Positions 9,717 through 18,963 are shown, counted from the stretch's first letter. The stretch is 64,000 bases of DNA from an uncultured Flavobacteriaceae bacterium (GCA_964524415.1 CAZGDG010000001.1:26032-90031), one strand, 5' to 3'. Program-made: numbers and translations. The notes: generated from the letters alone by a model not told the origin.

Positions 9717-10778
9717 TTATATTTTCAACAGGAATTCAACAGTATCTACATCATCTGCATAGTCCGATAATTCTGGGAGCTGAGTTTTTCCAAACGGGAT
9801 ATCGTTTTTTGAAAAACCTTCGGCTACAATGCACTGAATGTGCTCTTTATCCCTCTCTAGTTTTTGCCTTAAGATATTTGTATCGCTATACGTTTCATAA
9901 AATAAGGTGGCTATTGGAGAGGCATAGCTATTGTCTTCCTTTAACATTAAGAAACCATTTTCCAAAAGGTCAAATTCGCTCATGAGATAGACCGCTTTGT
10001 TGTAATCGTAATTATTGGCGTATTTGCTCTCGTGTATGACCTCGTGCCATGGATAGACAGCCTTAAAAAAGGCATCAAAATTATAAGATTCGGGAACAAA
10101 AAGTTTGGATACACTTCTACAACCCAAACCATAATATCTGAAAATATCGTTCGCCAGTGCCTCTAATTGCTCTTGGCTTTCCGTGCCTGTTAAAATGGCA
10201 ACGGAATTTCTGTTTTTTCTAATGATAGAAGGTTTGTCCTTAAAATAATATTCAAAATAGCGCGCTGTATTATTGCTGCCAGTGGCAATCACGGCGTCGA
10301 AATTATCTAATTTGTCATTTGTGAATAAAATATTACCCTTAAAATTAGGCTCTACGGCTTCCAAATATTTTGCTAAAAAGGGGAGGAGATGTCTATCGTT
10401 GGAGCTTTGCTTAACAAGTACCTTATGGCCTAAGAGTAGTACGGACAAAAAATCATGGAATCCTACCAAAGGGATGTTTCCCGCCATAATAACACCAACG
10501 GTTTTGGGCTCTAGATTTGTGTTGAAGTTATACTTTGATAGCCAACGCTTAATATTACTTTTTGTCAATTGTTTAGACCATGAATCAAAAGCGAAATTTA
10601 AATGATTGGTGCTGAACCAACCGTTGTGTTCTTGGGCTAGTTTTATTTGATGTTTAAACCCATCAAAAAAAAGGTCATTTGCTTCAATAGAAGGATTTTT
10701 AGTGTAGGGTGTTTTGGCAAATTGCCCTAAAAAGGCTCCTAATTTTGAAAATGCGTTAATTCTTTCTTGTATTTCCAT
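9717..10778 (-). CDS. acyl-CoA reductase (LuxC-like, aldehyde dehydrogenase fold)
   Basis: VIMAGNIPLVGFHD, ATGSNNTARYF, YYGLGCRSVSK with catalytic Cys. Confidence 0.85.
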   Translation of the reverse strand: MEIQERINAFSKLGAFLGQFAKTPYTKNPSIEANDLFFDGFKHQIKLAQEHNGWFSTNHLNFAFDSWSKQLTKSNIKRWLSKYNFNTNLEPKTVGVIMAGNIPLVGFHDFLSVLLLGHKVLVKQSSNDRHLLPFLAKYLEAVEPNFKGNILFTNDKLDNFDAVIATGSNNTARYFEYYFKDKPSIIRKNRNSVAILTGTESQEQLEALANDIFRYYGLGCRSVSKLFVPESYNFDAFFKAVYPWHEVIHESKYANNYDYNKAVYLMSEFDLLENGFLMLKEDNSYASPIATLFYETYSDTNILRQKLERDKEHIQCIVAEGFSKNDIPFGKTQLPELSDYADDVDTVEFLLKI

Positions 10779-10808
10779 CTATGATTTGGTAAAACGTCTT
10801 ACAGCCCT

Positions 10809-10830
10809 TAACTTTGCAAGTGCAAAAGTA
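10809..10830. promoter_or_regulatory. face-to-face Bacteroidota sigma70 -7 boxes
   Basis: TAACTTTG on + (10809-10816, ferredoxin) and TACTTTTG on - (10823-10830, acyl-CoA reductase). Confidence 0.6.
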
Positions 10831-10922
10831 GGCAAATAAATCAAAAATAGTAGTGAAGATTGGCCTTGGTTTATGCCGTTAAAAAGGTTCGTGTCACTTC
10901 ACAGTTAAGAAAAAGAAAAGTT

Positions 10923-11276
10923 ATGGCAATTATTATAACAGACGAATGTATTAATTGTGGTGCTTGCGAGCCCGAGTGCCCAAATACAGCGATATACGAA
11001 GGCGCTGATGATTGGCGCTACAAAGATGGTACAAGCCTTACTGGAAAGGTAGTTTTACCCAATGGAAAAGAGGTTGATGCAGATGAGCCTCAGAAGCCAA
11101 TAAGTGACGAAGTATACTACATAGCACCAGATAAATGTACGGAATGTATGGGCTTTCACGAAGAGCCACAATGCGCAGCGGTCTGTCCGGTAGATTGCTG
11201 TGTGCCTGATGAAAATCACGTAGAGACGGAAGAAGAGTTGTTAGGAAAACAACGCTTTATGCATCCTGAAGGATAA
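10923..11276 (+). CDS. 4Fe-4S dicluster ferredoxin (YfhL-like)
   Basis: [21 protein letters not shown] and [23 protein letters not shown]; true start is the ATG at 10923. Confidence 0.92.
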   Translation: MAIIITDECINCGACEPECPNTAIYEGADDWRYKDGTSLTGKVVLPNGKEVDADEPQKPISDEVYYIAPDKCTECMGFHEEPQCAAVCPVDCCVPDENHVETEEELLGKQRFMHPEG

Positions 11277-11301
11277 TTAAAAGTTAAAAATTAAATAGAA
11301 T

Positions 11302-11330
11302 ATCCCAAGCCAATAGGTTTGGGATTTTTG
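11302..11330 (+). terminator. intrinsic terminator
   Basis: ATCCCAAGCC-aata-GGTTTGGGAT followed by TTTTG. Confidence 0.75.
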
Positions 11331-11437
11331 TTTCAAATAGAGTCGTTTTGGGATGCTCATTACAATTTTTGGAAAATCCCTATTTTAGAGGAATTTTTGA
11401 ATCTAACTAACTAAACCAATCAAATTAATCGTTATTC

Positions 11438-12268
11438 ATGATTAGAAAAACAGTACGAAAAGTACTCTCTACACTAAACAAAGAACAAAAAGTTTCGCTA
11501 CTCTCTAAAGACTATGTTCTAGAAGAAAAAGTATCGGACGCCCAAGTTATTAAACTCATCAAAAAGTTAAGACCCTATAATGTTGGAAAACCCTTAATCC
11601 GTATGGGACCTAAACGTGATGGTGGTTATTTAGTACCTGACGATTTAAAGGGTATTGTAGCCTGTTTTTCGCCGGGTGTAAATAAAATCAGTGAATTTGA
11701 GATGGATTGCTATAACAAGGGCATGAAAATTTTCCTGGCTGACAAATCGGTAGAAAAACCAAGACTCAGTTTACCGGAAACCGAGTATAGTTTCTTAAAA
11801 AAATTTATTGGGTGCTATAATAATGAGGCCTTTATCACACTAGACAAATGGGTGGAAAGCCATAACATGAAAAATGAGGAAGACCTTTTGTTGCAGATGG
11901 ATATTGAAGGAGCAGAGTATATGAGCTTATTGAATGCATCGGACGATTTATTAAAATCCTTTAGAATCATAGTGCTAGAAATCCACAACCTACATAAGTT
12001 TTGGAACAAGGAGTTTTTTAAATTGGCTTCTACGGCATTTGATAAATTACTCCAAAATCATGTCTGTGTTCATATTCATCCGAATAATAGGAGTAGGTTG
12101 GAAGTGCATAACGGTATTGAGATACCATCAGTGGCAGAGATTACTTTTATACGCAACGATAGAGTTGTGGAAAAAACACCACAAACCATTTTCCCGCACC
12201 CTCTGGATATAGACAATGCGACCGACAGGGAACCAATTGTCTTATCTGAATTATGGTATACCGACTAA
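11438..12268 (+). CDS. FkbM/Methyltransf_21-22-like SAM-dependent methyltransferase
   Basis: IRMGPKRDGGYLVPDD, CFSPGV, LLQMDIEGAEY, IVLEIH, VHIHPNN, EITF. Confidence 0.75.
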   Translation: MIRKTVRKVLSTLNKEQKVSLLSKDYVLEEKVSDAQVIKLIKKLRPYNVGKPLIRMGPKRDGGYLVPDDLKGIVACFSPGVNKISEFEMDCYNKGMKIFLADKSVEKPRLSLPETEYSFLKKFIGCYNNEAFITLDKWVESHNMKNEEDLLLQMDIEGAEYMSLLNASDDLLKSFRIIVLEIHNLHKFWNKEFFKLASTAFDKLLQNHVCVHIHPNNRSRLEVHNGIEIPSVAEITFIRNDRVVEKTPQTIFPHPLDIDNATDREPIVLSELWYTD

Positions 12269-12490
12269 TATTGAATTTTTTTATTGGACACGAATAATTT
12301 AATTCTAATGTCGTTGTATCAATCATGGTTGCAGTTCTAATAATAGATAGATTGTATTTGCAATTCTCAATGGTTTGGCCCATGCATTACTTTAATTGAA
12401 TATTCAAAAGCTTAAAAACCAGAGCAATTATGAATTCTCATTGCTGTGCTATGTGTTCTAAATAAATATAGATTAGGTTTATATATTGAA

Positions 12491-12556
12491 TGTTACATAT
12501 GTTAGTTCATGTGTTACAATAGTGCTAGCCATCAACCGATATCTGTTCTACTTTTG
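12491..12556 (+). promoter_or_regulatory. TGTTACA-N14-TGTTACA direct repeat plus TACTTTTG -7 box (putative HTCS/AraC-activated promoter)
   Basis: TGTTACA at 12491 and 12512 (21-bp period), TACTTTTG at 12549. The geometry is identical to 16356-16421. Confidence 0.7.
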
Positions 12557-12586
12557 AAACTGTTAATCACTTAAACAGTTTCTATT

Positions 12587-13168
12587 ATGAGAATGTACAG
12601 CACAATTTTTTTGATTTTTATAATCCTTTCCTCGCTTCATGCCCAAAACATAGACTATAACCGTAAAGATTACCAATGGCTTCAAGAACCTGAATCTGAA
12701 GACAACCTAAAATGGGTTGAAGCCAGAAACAATGAAAGCCTCGATTATCTCAATGCTATTGAAATCTTGCCGGACCTAGAGCTAAATGGTACAGGGGGCG
12801 GACGTGGTACTGGTGCACTTGGAGAACGTGGAGATCCAGAAGTTCCGGAAGAATGGGCTTACATGAAAAAAATCTCCCCTTTACACGCACTACAAGCCAA
12901 TAAAGACTATCCACCCATTTTACAATTAACAAGCCGAAATGATGATATTTCAGATTCAGCAAAAACCAGAAGATTTCATCAGCGTCTTAAGGACTTAGGT
13001 TATACCAATGTTTATCTAATTGAAACAGCAGGTGGCGGCCACAGCTGAACAGATTTGGAAAATGAAATGGAATTAGAGCTGGCATTTTTCTATAAAAACC
13101 TTCATCCCAAATATGATGAGTTGGTAACCAATCTTAATGTAAAAACCACCAAGAAAACGAAGGACTAA
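12587..13168 (+). pseudogene. prolyl oligopeptidase (S9A) remnant with large internal deletion and in-frame TGA
   Basis: Signal peptide and S9 N-terminus (DYQWLQEPESEDNLKWVEARN) are joined directly to the S9 C-terminus (GERGDPEVPEEWAYMKKISP...YPPILQLTSRNDD...GGGHS). After TGA at 13046-13048 the frame continues TDLENEMELELAFFYKNLHPK to TAA at 13168. No GxSxGG and no propeller. Confidence 0.8.
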
Positions 13169-13388
13169 TATAATAGCTTAGAATTAAGAATTTTTTGATG
13201 TCGTAACTAATCAAGTAAAGATTTTTGAGTTTAAAAGTTAATAATAGACTGATTCTATAATGATAATTTATTCAGCCTTGAAAAACCTAGGGTTAAAAAT
13301 TATTATAGGTCTTTCGTTCATTAACCTTTTTGAAAATATAAGGGTGATATCTTTAGATTTTCCTAGATTTATACAACATAAACACGTA

Positions 13389-16340
13389 TTGAGGCGATTT
13401 ATATACATAATTTTTATTATCTCATTTGCAGGTGTGCTTCCTGCCCAGACAGTCAATGTAGATTCTTTGAGACAAATAGCAAGAGATAATAGTCTGGATG
13501 AAAAAACAAGGACTTATGCCTACGTGCCAATAATAACCTTCTATCGCCAGACCAACCATGACAGTCTAAAACATTACATGAAGGAGCTGTTAGATTTTGC
13601 GAAAGAAAGCAATTATCCTATTGCGTACCACAAATACCATTATAGTTTAGCGGGTTATTACGGTTTGTTTCTAACACCTGGTGAGGATGCCTACTCATTT
13701 ATCCAAAAAAATTATTTAGAGGCTAAACGATACGCGGAATTAGGTAATCGTCTTGGACTGGTTTCCCTTTGTTACGCACGCCTAGTTCCTGAGAATTTCA
13801 GATTTGGCAAGGAAGAACTGGCACTACAATATTGTATTGAAGGTGAAAAAGTAGCAATTGAGAGTGGGTACTATGAAGATTTGGCTTACTTCTATGGACA
13901 AAGGGGGAAGATTTATCATCTTGGATATGGAGATACAGATACTGCCTTACGTTATTTGTTTAAATCAGATAGTGTTTATGCCTCATTACCAAAAAAGGAA
14001 AAATCCTGGGGATTTACACTTTCCTTTATTGGTGATGTCTATCAAAGTCTTGAAGATTATGAAAAGGACGAAGTATATCAGCTTAAAGCCTTAGACATTT
14101 TCACAGAAGCAAACGACAAGTACCAACAGGTCTACATCAAGGGTAAATTGGCACAAATTCAAAAACTAAAAGGAAATTATAATGAAGCCATTTCACTAAT
14201 CAATGAAGCGGTTGATTATCATAAGGAAAGACAAAATCCATTACAAGTTGCTGGTTTTTTAGTTGTACAAAGCAGTATATATTCGGCAAGCGGTCAATAC
14301 CAAAAGGCTCTGCAAGCAGGTAAAGAAGCCATTGAATTAAATAAGGAGCTAAAAAGCAAGCTGGGAACAATATTGGCCCTGGTCAATCAATCCGAAATTC
14401 TAAGCAAACTTAAACGCTATTCAGAAAGTAATGCTTTAGCCAAGGAAGCTGAGGCTTTAGCAATAGAGCAGAATAGCTTCGAAGAATTAAATCGAATCTA
14501 TGAAGTGCTTGTTGATAATTCCAAAAATGAAAACAATTATGAACAAGCCTTCAAATTCACTCAAGATTTACAGCGTGTCAATGACACGTTAACCCAACGC
14601 CGTAATCTTAAGATTACAAAAGACCTTGAAGCTAAATATCAAACCGAACAAAAGGAAAAGGAAATTGCCCTACTAAAATCTGAAAATGAACTTGCAGAAA
14701 GCAGACGTAAAAACCAAAAGATTCTGCTATGGTCTATCGTTGGTTTCTCAATTATTGCCCTATCCTCATTATTTGTGTTAAACCGCAACCGACAACGCAC
14801 CAATAGAAAACTAAAGGAATTAGACTTGGCCAAAACTACTTTTTTTCAAAACATTTCGCATGAGTTTAAAACTCCTTTAAGCCTTATCCTTGGGACTTTA
14901 GAGAAACAACATTTATCGGCCAGTAATACAGATGAAAAAAAGGATTTGGAAGTAATGCAGCGTAATGCCGATCGCTTACACGACTTGGTGAATCAAATCC
15001 TTGACCTCTCAAAACTTGAAGCTAATCAATGGCAGCTACAGGTGTCAGAGACGAATATCAAGTCTTTGTTAAAGTCCATAACCGCTTCATTCGAATTTAA
15101 GGCAAGGGAAAAGCATATTGATTATAGTATTGCAATCGATGATTTGGAAAATGGCTGGTTTGATGTCGATGCTATCGAGAAAATAGTCACAAACCTCCTC
15201 TCTAATGCCTTTAAATACACAAAAGAAAACGAGAAAGTCGGTTTAAAGGCCTCACAAAACAACAATAGACTCATCTTAAAAGTGAGTAATACGGGTCAGC
15301 ACTTCACATCTGCTGAAATAGCGTCGATGTTCGATCGCTTCTCACGCTTGGAAGTACATAGCCATAGTGCGGGAACAGGCATCGGATTAGCCTTGGTTAA
15401 GCAATTGGTAACTTTGGCTAAAGGTGACATTAACGTATCACAGTCCGATGCAAAGACAATTACCTTTGAAGTGATTTTGCCCTACGACAAGGGTTCCTTC
15501 CAATCTCATGAAATTGTAACAAATAATGCTATAGAAGAGAGGGAATCTAGCCCAATATCTAATGAGGACCTTCAACCTACAGACGACAAGCCTATTTTAC
15601 TAGTTGTAGATGACAATGCAGATATAAGAATCTTTATTAAAGAGGCTTTTGAGACACAGTATACTATCATTGAAGCCCAAGACGGTGAAACGGGTCTACA
15701 GTTAGCCTTAGAAACAGTTCCAGATATTGTGGTTTCAGATATTATGATGCCCAAACTTTCAGGCATTGAATTTTGTAAGATGCTTAAGCAAGATGAGCGT
15801 ATAAGCCATATTCCTATAGTTTTGCTAACGGCCAAAGGCGATGTGGAAACTGAATTTCAAGGCTTGGAAACCGGTGCCGATGATTACATACTGAAACCTT
15901 TTAAATTAAAACTTCTTAAAAGCAGAATAAACAATCTTGTGAATTCACGCATTGCTCTCAGAGAGCGCTATAGCATGGAGGTGGTCTTAAAGCCCAAGGA
16001 CATATCTTTAAATTCTGCTGATCAACGGTTTTTTGAACGCATTGAAGAAATACTTGACAACAATATTTCCAATGAAACCTTTTCATCTGAAGATTTTAGC
16101 AAAGCCATAGGTATGAGCCGTATGCAGTTACACAGAAAACTCAAAGCACTAACTGGATTAAGTACTTCTGAATACCTCAGAACAGAACGCCTTAAGGTAG
16201 CTTCTGTTTTGCTTAAAGATAAATCTCTAAACATAAGTGAAATTGGTTACCAAGTTGGATTTAGCAGTCCTTCTTATTTTTCCAAGTGCTTCAAAGAGAC
16301 CTACGGTATGCTTCCATCAGAATTTCGCGATAAAAGCTGA
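13389..16340 (+). CDS. hybrid two-component sensor/regulator (TPR sensor-TM-HisKA-HATPase-REC-AraC HTH)
   Basis: Helical TPR-like periplasmic region, TM ILLWSIVGFSIIALSSLFVL, NISHEFKTPL, NLLSNAFKYT, GTGIGLALV, LVVDDN...VSDIMMP...LLTAK, AraC IGYQVGFSSPSYFSKCFK. Start probably TTG 13389 (track start 13260). Confidence 0.92.
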   Translation: MRRFIYIIFIISFAGVLPAQTVNVDSLRQIARDNSLDEKTRTYAYVPIITFYRQTNHDSLKHYMKELLDFAKESNYPIAYHKYHYSLAGYYGLFLTPGEDAYSFIQKNYLEAKRYAELGNRLGLVSLCYARLVPENFRFGKEELALQYCIEGEKVAIESGYYEDLAYFYGQRGKIYHLGYGDTDTALRYLFKSDSVYASLPKKEKSWGFTLSFIGDVYQSLEDYEKDEVYQLKALDIFTEANDKYQQVYIKGKLAQIQKLKGNYNEAISLINEAVDYHKERQNPLQVAGFLVVQSSIYSASGQYQKALQAGKEAIELNKELKSKLGTILALVNQSEILSKLKRYSESNALAKEAEALAIEQNSFEELNRIYEVLVDNSKNENNYEQAFKFTQDLQRVNDTLTQRRNLKITKDLEAKYQTEQKEKEIALLKSENELAESRRKNQKILLWSIVGFSIIALSSLFVLNRNRQRTNRKLKELDLAKTTFFQNISHEFKTPLSLILGTLEKQHLSASNTDEKKDLEVMQRNADRLHDLVNQILDLSKLEANQWQLQVSETNIKSLLKSITASFEFKAREKHIDYSIAIDDLENGWFDVDAIEKIVTNLLSNAFKYTKENEKVGLKASQNNNRLILKVSNTGQHFTSAEIASMFDRFSRLEVHSHSAGTGIGLALVKQLVTLAKGDINVSQSDAKTITFEVILPYDKGSFQSHEIVTNNAIEERESSPISNEDLQPTDDKPILLVVDDNADIRIFIKEAFETQYTIIEAQDGETGLQLALETVPDIVVSDIMMPKLSGIEFCKMLKQDERISHIPIVLLTAKGDVETEFQGLETGADDYILKPFKLKLLKSRINNLVNSRIALRERYSMEVVLKPKDISLNSADQRFFERIEEILDNNISNETFSSEDFSKAIGMSRMQLHRKLKALTGLSTSEYLRTERLKVASVLLKDKSLNISEIGYQVGFSSPSYFSKCFKETYGMLPSEFRDKS

Positions 16341-16355
16341 TGCTTTTAGCATAAA

Positions 16356-16421
16356 TGTTACACTGCTTTCAGCATTTGTTACATTCCTTACACCCTTCGT
16401 AGCCAACTGTAAATACTTTTG
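16356..16421 (+). promoter_or_regulatory. TGTTACA-N14-TGTTACA direct repeat plus TACTTTTG -7 box (putative HTCS/AraC-activated promoter)
   Basis: TGTTACA at 16356 and 16377, TACTTTTG at 16414. Same 21-bp period and same 37-bp offset as the site at 12491-12556. Confidence 0.7.
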
Positions 16422-16463
16422 ATTGTGTTTTTTACAAATCTCAAAACCATTTGATTCTAGCCT

Positions 16464-16613
16464 ATGCCTAAAAAAGTCTATAAAGGAGCACTCGACAAAT
16501 TCAAGGGGACCGAAATCCATTTAAATGTCTCGCTTTTGGACAAGGGTATATATGAATTGAAAATAGTGGACAAGAATAAGATTGTGAAGAATACGCAATT
16601 TATTAAAAAGTAA
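16464..16613 (+). CDS. 49-aa microprotein resembling a free-standing T9SS type-A C-terminal domain
   Basis: Below the ORF-track cutoff. MPKKVYKGALDKFKGTEIHLNVSLLDKGIYELKIVDKNKIVKNTQFIKK. An in-frame TAG at 16458-16460 fixes the start; first ORF after the promoter and 12 nt before the next ATG. Confidence 0.65.
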   Translation: MPKKVYKGALDKFKGTEIHLNVSLLDKGIYELKIVDKNKIVKNTQFIKK

Positions 16614-16625
16614 ATTCAAGCAGTT

Positions 16626-18899
16626 ATGAAAGGTTTCATTTTAATTACCATTTTTTACTTCGGGATAATAAACTCGGTGAAGGCGCAAGTTGGTATCAAT
16701 ACCACAAGCCCAAATGCGCAATTGGATATAAGGCCTACAAACCAAGTAGCTCCAACGGCAACAGACGGTATACTAATACCTAAAGTAGATACCTTCCCAA
16801 CAGGAGTTAGTGCAGACCAAGACGCTATCCTTATATATCTTACAACAACGGTTGGAAATAACACTCCGGGATTTTACTATTATAACCATGCTACCGCTTC
16901 TTGGTTATCTATCGGTGCTGGTGCTAATGATGATGAAGATAATAACAGAAATATAGGTATAGGCTTGGGTGCACTTGCCGCAAATGTGTCTGGTTTTAAC
17001 AATATTGCCATTGGCAATACAGCATTATTAAATAATACAGCTTCTAGAAATGTGGCTATTGGCACTAGTGCATTGGCTTCAAATACAAGTGGTACTAATA
17101 ATACTGCAGTTGGTAATGGATCTCTTAATGGAAATGAGACAGGTTCAGAAAACGTTTCTATAGGTAGTTTAGCGCTTTTAAACAACACTACAGGAAACCG
17201 AAACACAGCTGTTGGTTTTTCGAGCTTAGCTGCTAATGCTACAGGTTCCAACAATTCCGCCTTTGGCCGTCAAGCTTTAGAAAGCAATACCATTGGCTAT
17301 GATAATGTAGGTATTGGCACTTTTGCTTTGCGAAATAATACAGAAGGGATTTGGAACGTTGCGGTAGGGAACAGCGCTTTATTAAGCAATACAACTGCTG
17401 GACAAAATGTAGCAATTGGCGTTGATGCTATGAGAAGCAATATAAATGGTAATTGGAATGTTGCCGTTGGGCATGCTGCTCTTAGAAATAGCTCGGCCTC
17501 AATTCAAAACACCGCAATTGGATACCTATCTTTATTTTCCAATACTACCGGGTCTAACAATGTTGCTGTTGGTTTCAATTCTTTAGTAAGTAATACCACT
17601 GGAGACGATAATACCGTATTGGGACATTTGGCACTTAGTGCAAATACTGAGGGTAACAACAATACGGCTATTGGAGCCTCTGCGTTATATAATAATACTA
17701 CAGGGGCAAATAATATTGGCTTAGGTTTTCAAGCACTACAAAATAATACTATCGGTATTCTAAATATTGGAATAGGAACTAATACGCTACTGAACAATAC
17801 AACTGGAAGTTCTCAAATTGCATTGGGTCTATTTGCCTTAGAATCTCAAATCAATGGTACAGGTAATATAGCAATAGGAAATAATGCGTTGGATTCAAAT
17901 ATAGACGGTTCCAGTAATATAGGCATTGGGCAACAATCAGGAGGTAATAATGCCAATGGATCATTCAATATTTTTATTGGAAATGGATCTGGTAATAATG
18001 AATTAGGAAGCAACAAATTATATATTGAAAACTCTGATGCTGACGCCAACAATGCCCTTATTTATGGCGAATTCGATAATGATTTATTAAGACTTAACGG
18101 ACGTACAGAAATCACAGCGACTACTGATGCTAATGGTACTGCTGGATCTGGTGCCCTCGAGGTTGCTGGTTCGCTCAGATTAGATGGCAATGAAATTATT
18201 ACAAATACCGGAAGCACGCTATTTCTGCAATCAGACAACAATGGTGATGTGGAAATGGATGGTGGCACTTTTAGAATGGATGCCAGTACCAATAGGGTAG
18301 GGATTGGTATTGTCAATCCACAGTCTACTTTGCACGTCAACGGAGAGTTTCGTATTGGAGATGAAACCATCAGCGATGCTGGGAATGACGCCTTATTGAT
18401 TAATGCAGCTTTAATACCAGAATTTGATGACACCAATGTTATAGGCAACCCAGCACAACGCTGGCGCACAATTTATGCCGTAAATGGCACCATAAACACT
18501 TCAGATAGGCGGGAGAAGACCAATATCAACACTATTTCCTATGGCCTCGCAGAGGTCTTGAACATGAATCCTGTTAGCTTTAATTGGAAGAATTCCTCAA
18601 ATCCAGATGTAAAATTGGGATTGATTGCCCAAGAGCTACAAGAGCTAGTACCCGAAGTAGTGATTTCTCATCTCTGGGAAAAAGATGAGCAGACAGGCGA
18701 AATGAAAAAAATACCAACAAAGCGTTTGGGTGTGTATTACTCGGACTTAATGCCTGTACTAGTAAAAGCCATACAAGAACAACAGGCTATTATTGTTGAT
18801 CAGAACAAACGTATTCAGTTATTGGAATACCAGAATAACGAACTACAGGATTTAAAATCGGAAATAGAAGACATAAAAAAACAGATACAAAGAAATTAA
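16626..18899 (+). CDS. secreted trimeric fibre-like protein with 17-aa beta-roll repeats and a Peptidase S74 intramolecular chaperone domain
   Basis: Signal peptide, AQVGINTTSPNAQLDI head, about 21 NTTGxxNxAxGxxAL repeats, TSDRREKTNI...PVSFNW...GLIAQEL...PEVV...GVYY...LVKAIQEQQ and a terminal coiled coil. Confidence 0.85.
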   Translation: MKGFILITIFYFGIINSVKAQVGINTTSPNAQLDIRPTNQVAPTATDGILIPKVDTFPTGVSADQDAILIYLTTTVGNNTPGFYYYNHATASWLSIGAGANDDEDNNRNIGIGLGALAANVSGFNNIAIGNTALLNNTASRNVAIGTSALASNTSGTNNTAVGNGSLNGNETGSENVSIGSLALLNNTTGNRNTAVGFSSLAANATGSNNSAFGRQALESNTIGYDNVGIGTFALRNNTEGIWNVAVGNSALLSNTTAGQNVAIGVDAMRSNINGNWNVAVGHAALRNSSASIQNTAIGYLSLFSNTTGSNNVAVGFNSLVSNTTGDDNTVLGHLALSANTEGNNNTAIGASALYNNTTGANNIGLGFQALQNNTIGILNIGIGTNTLLNNTTGSSQIALGLFALESQINGTGNIAIGNNALDSNIDGSSNIGIGQQSGGNNANGSFNIFIGNGSGNNELGSNKLYIENSDADANNALIYGEFDNDLLRLNGRTEITATTDANGTAGSGALEVAGSLRLDGNEIITNTGSTLFLQSDNNGDVEMDGGTFRMDASTNRVGIGIVNPQSTLHVNGEFRIGDETISDAGNDALLINAALIPEFDDTNVIGNPAQRWRTIYAVNGTINTSDRREKTNINTISYGLAEVLNMNPVSFNWKNSSNPDVKLGLIAQELQELVPEVVISHLWEKDEQTGEMKKIPTKRLGVYYSDLMPVLVKAIQEQQAIIVDQNKRIQLLEYQNNELQDLKSEIEDIKKQIQRN

Positions 18900-18917
18900 A
18901 TAGGCTATTAATCAGAG

Positions 18918-18963
18918 AAAAGGGGAGGCAGCAAAAGGTAGGGCTGGCGTTGTTTCCTCTTTT
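18918..18963 (+). terminator. possible terminator/attenuating hairpin
   Basis: AAAAGGGGAGGCAGC...GTTGTTTCCTCTTTT imperfect stem with several G-U pairs and a large loop. Confidence 0.45.

Noticed and set aside
9717..10778. Bioluminescence lux operon
   Set aside because: Only a LuxC-like reductase is present, with no luxAB/luxDE in the window.
12147..12383. Minus-strand 78-aa ORF
   Set aside because: It overlaps the methyltransferase 3' end in antisense and has no recognisable motif; it may be degraded sequence but cannot be supported as a gene.
13046..13048. In-frame TGA as selenocysteine or programmed readthrough
   Set aside because: The position follows the catalytic His loop, where a small residue such as Gly is expected and not Cys. 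The gene is already inactivated by a large deletion, so a nonsense mutation is simpler.
16626..18899. Prophage tail gene or CRISPR-like repeats
   Set aside because: It has a Sec signal peptide and no phage structural or integrase genes nearby. The repeats are protein-level, diverged in DNA and lack spacers.
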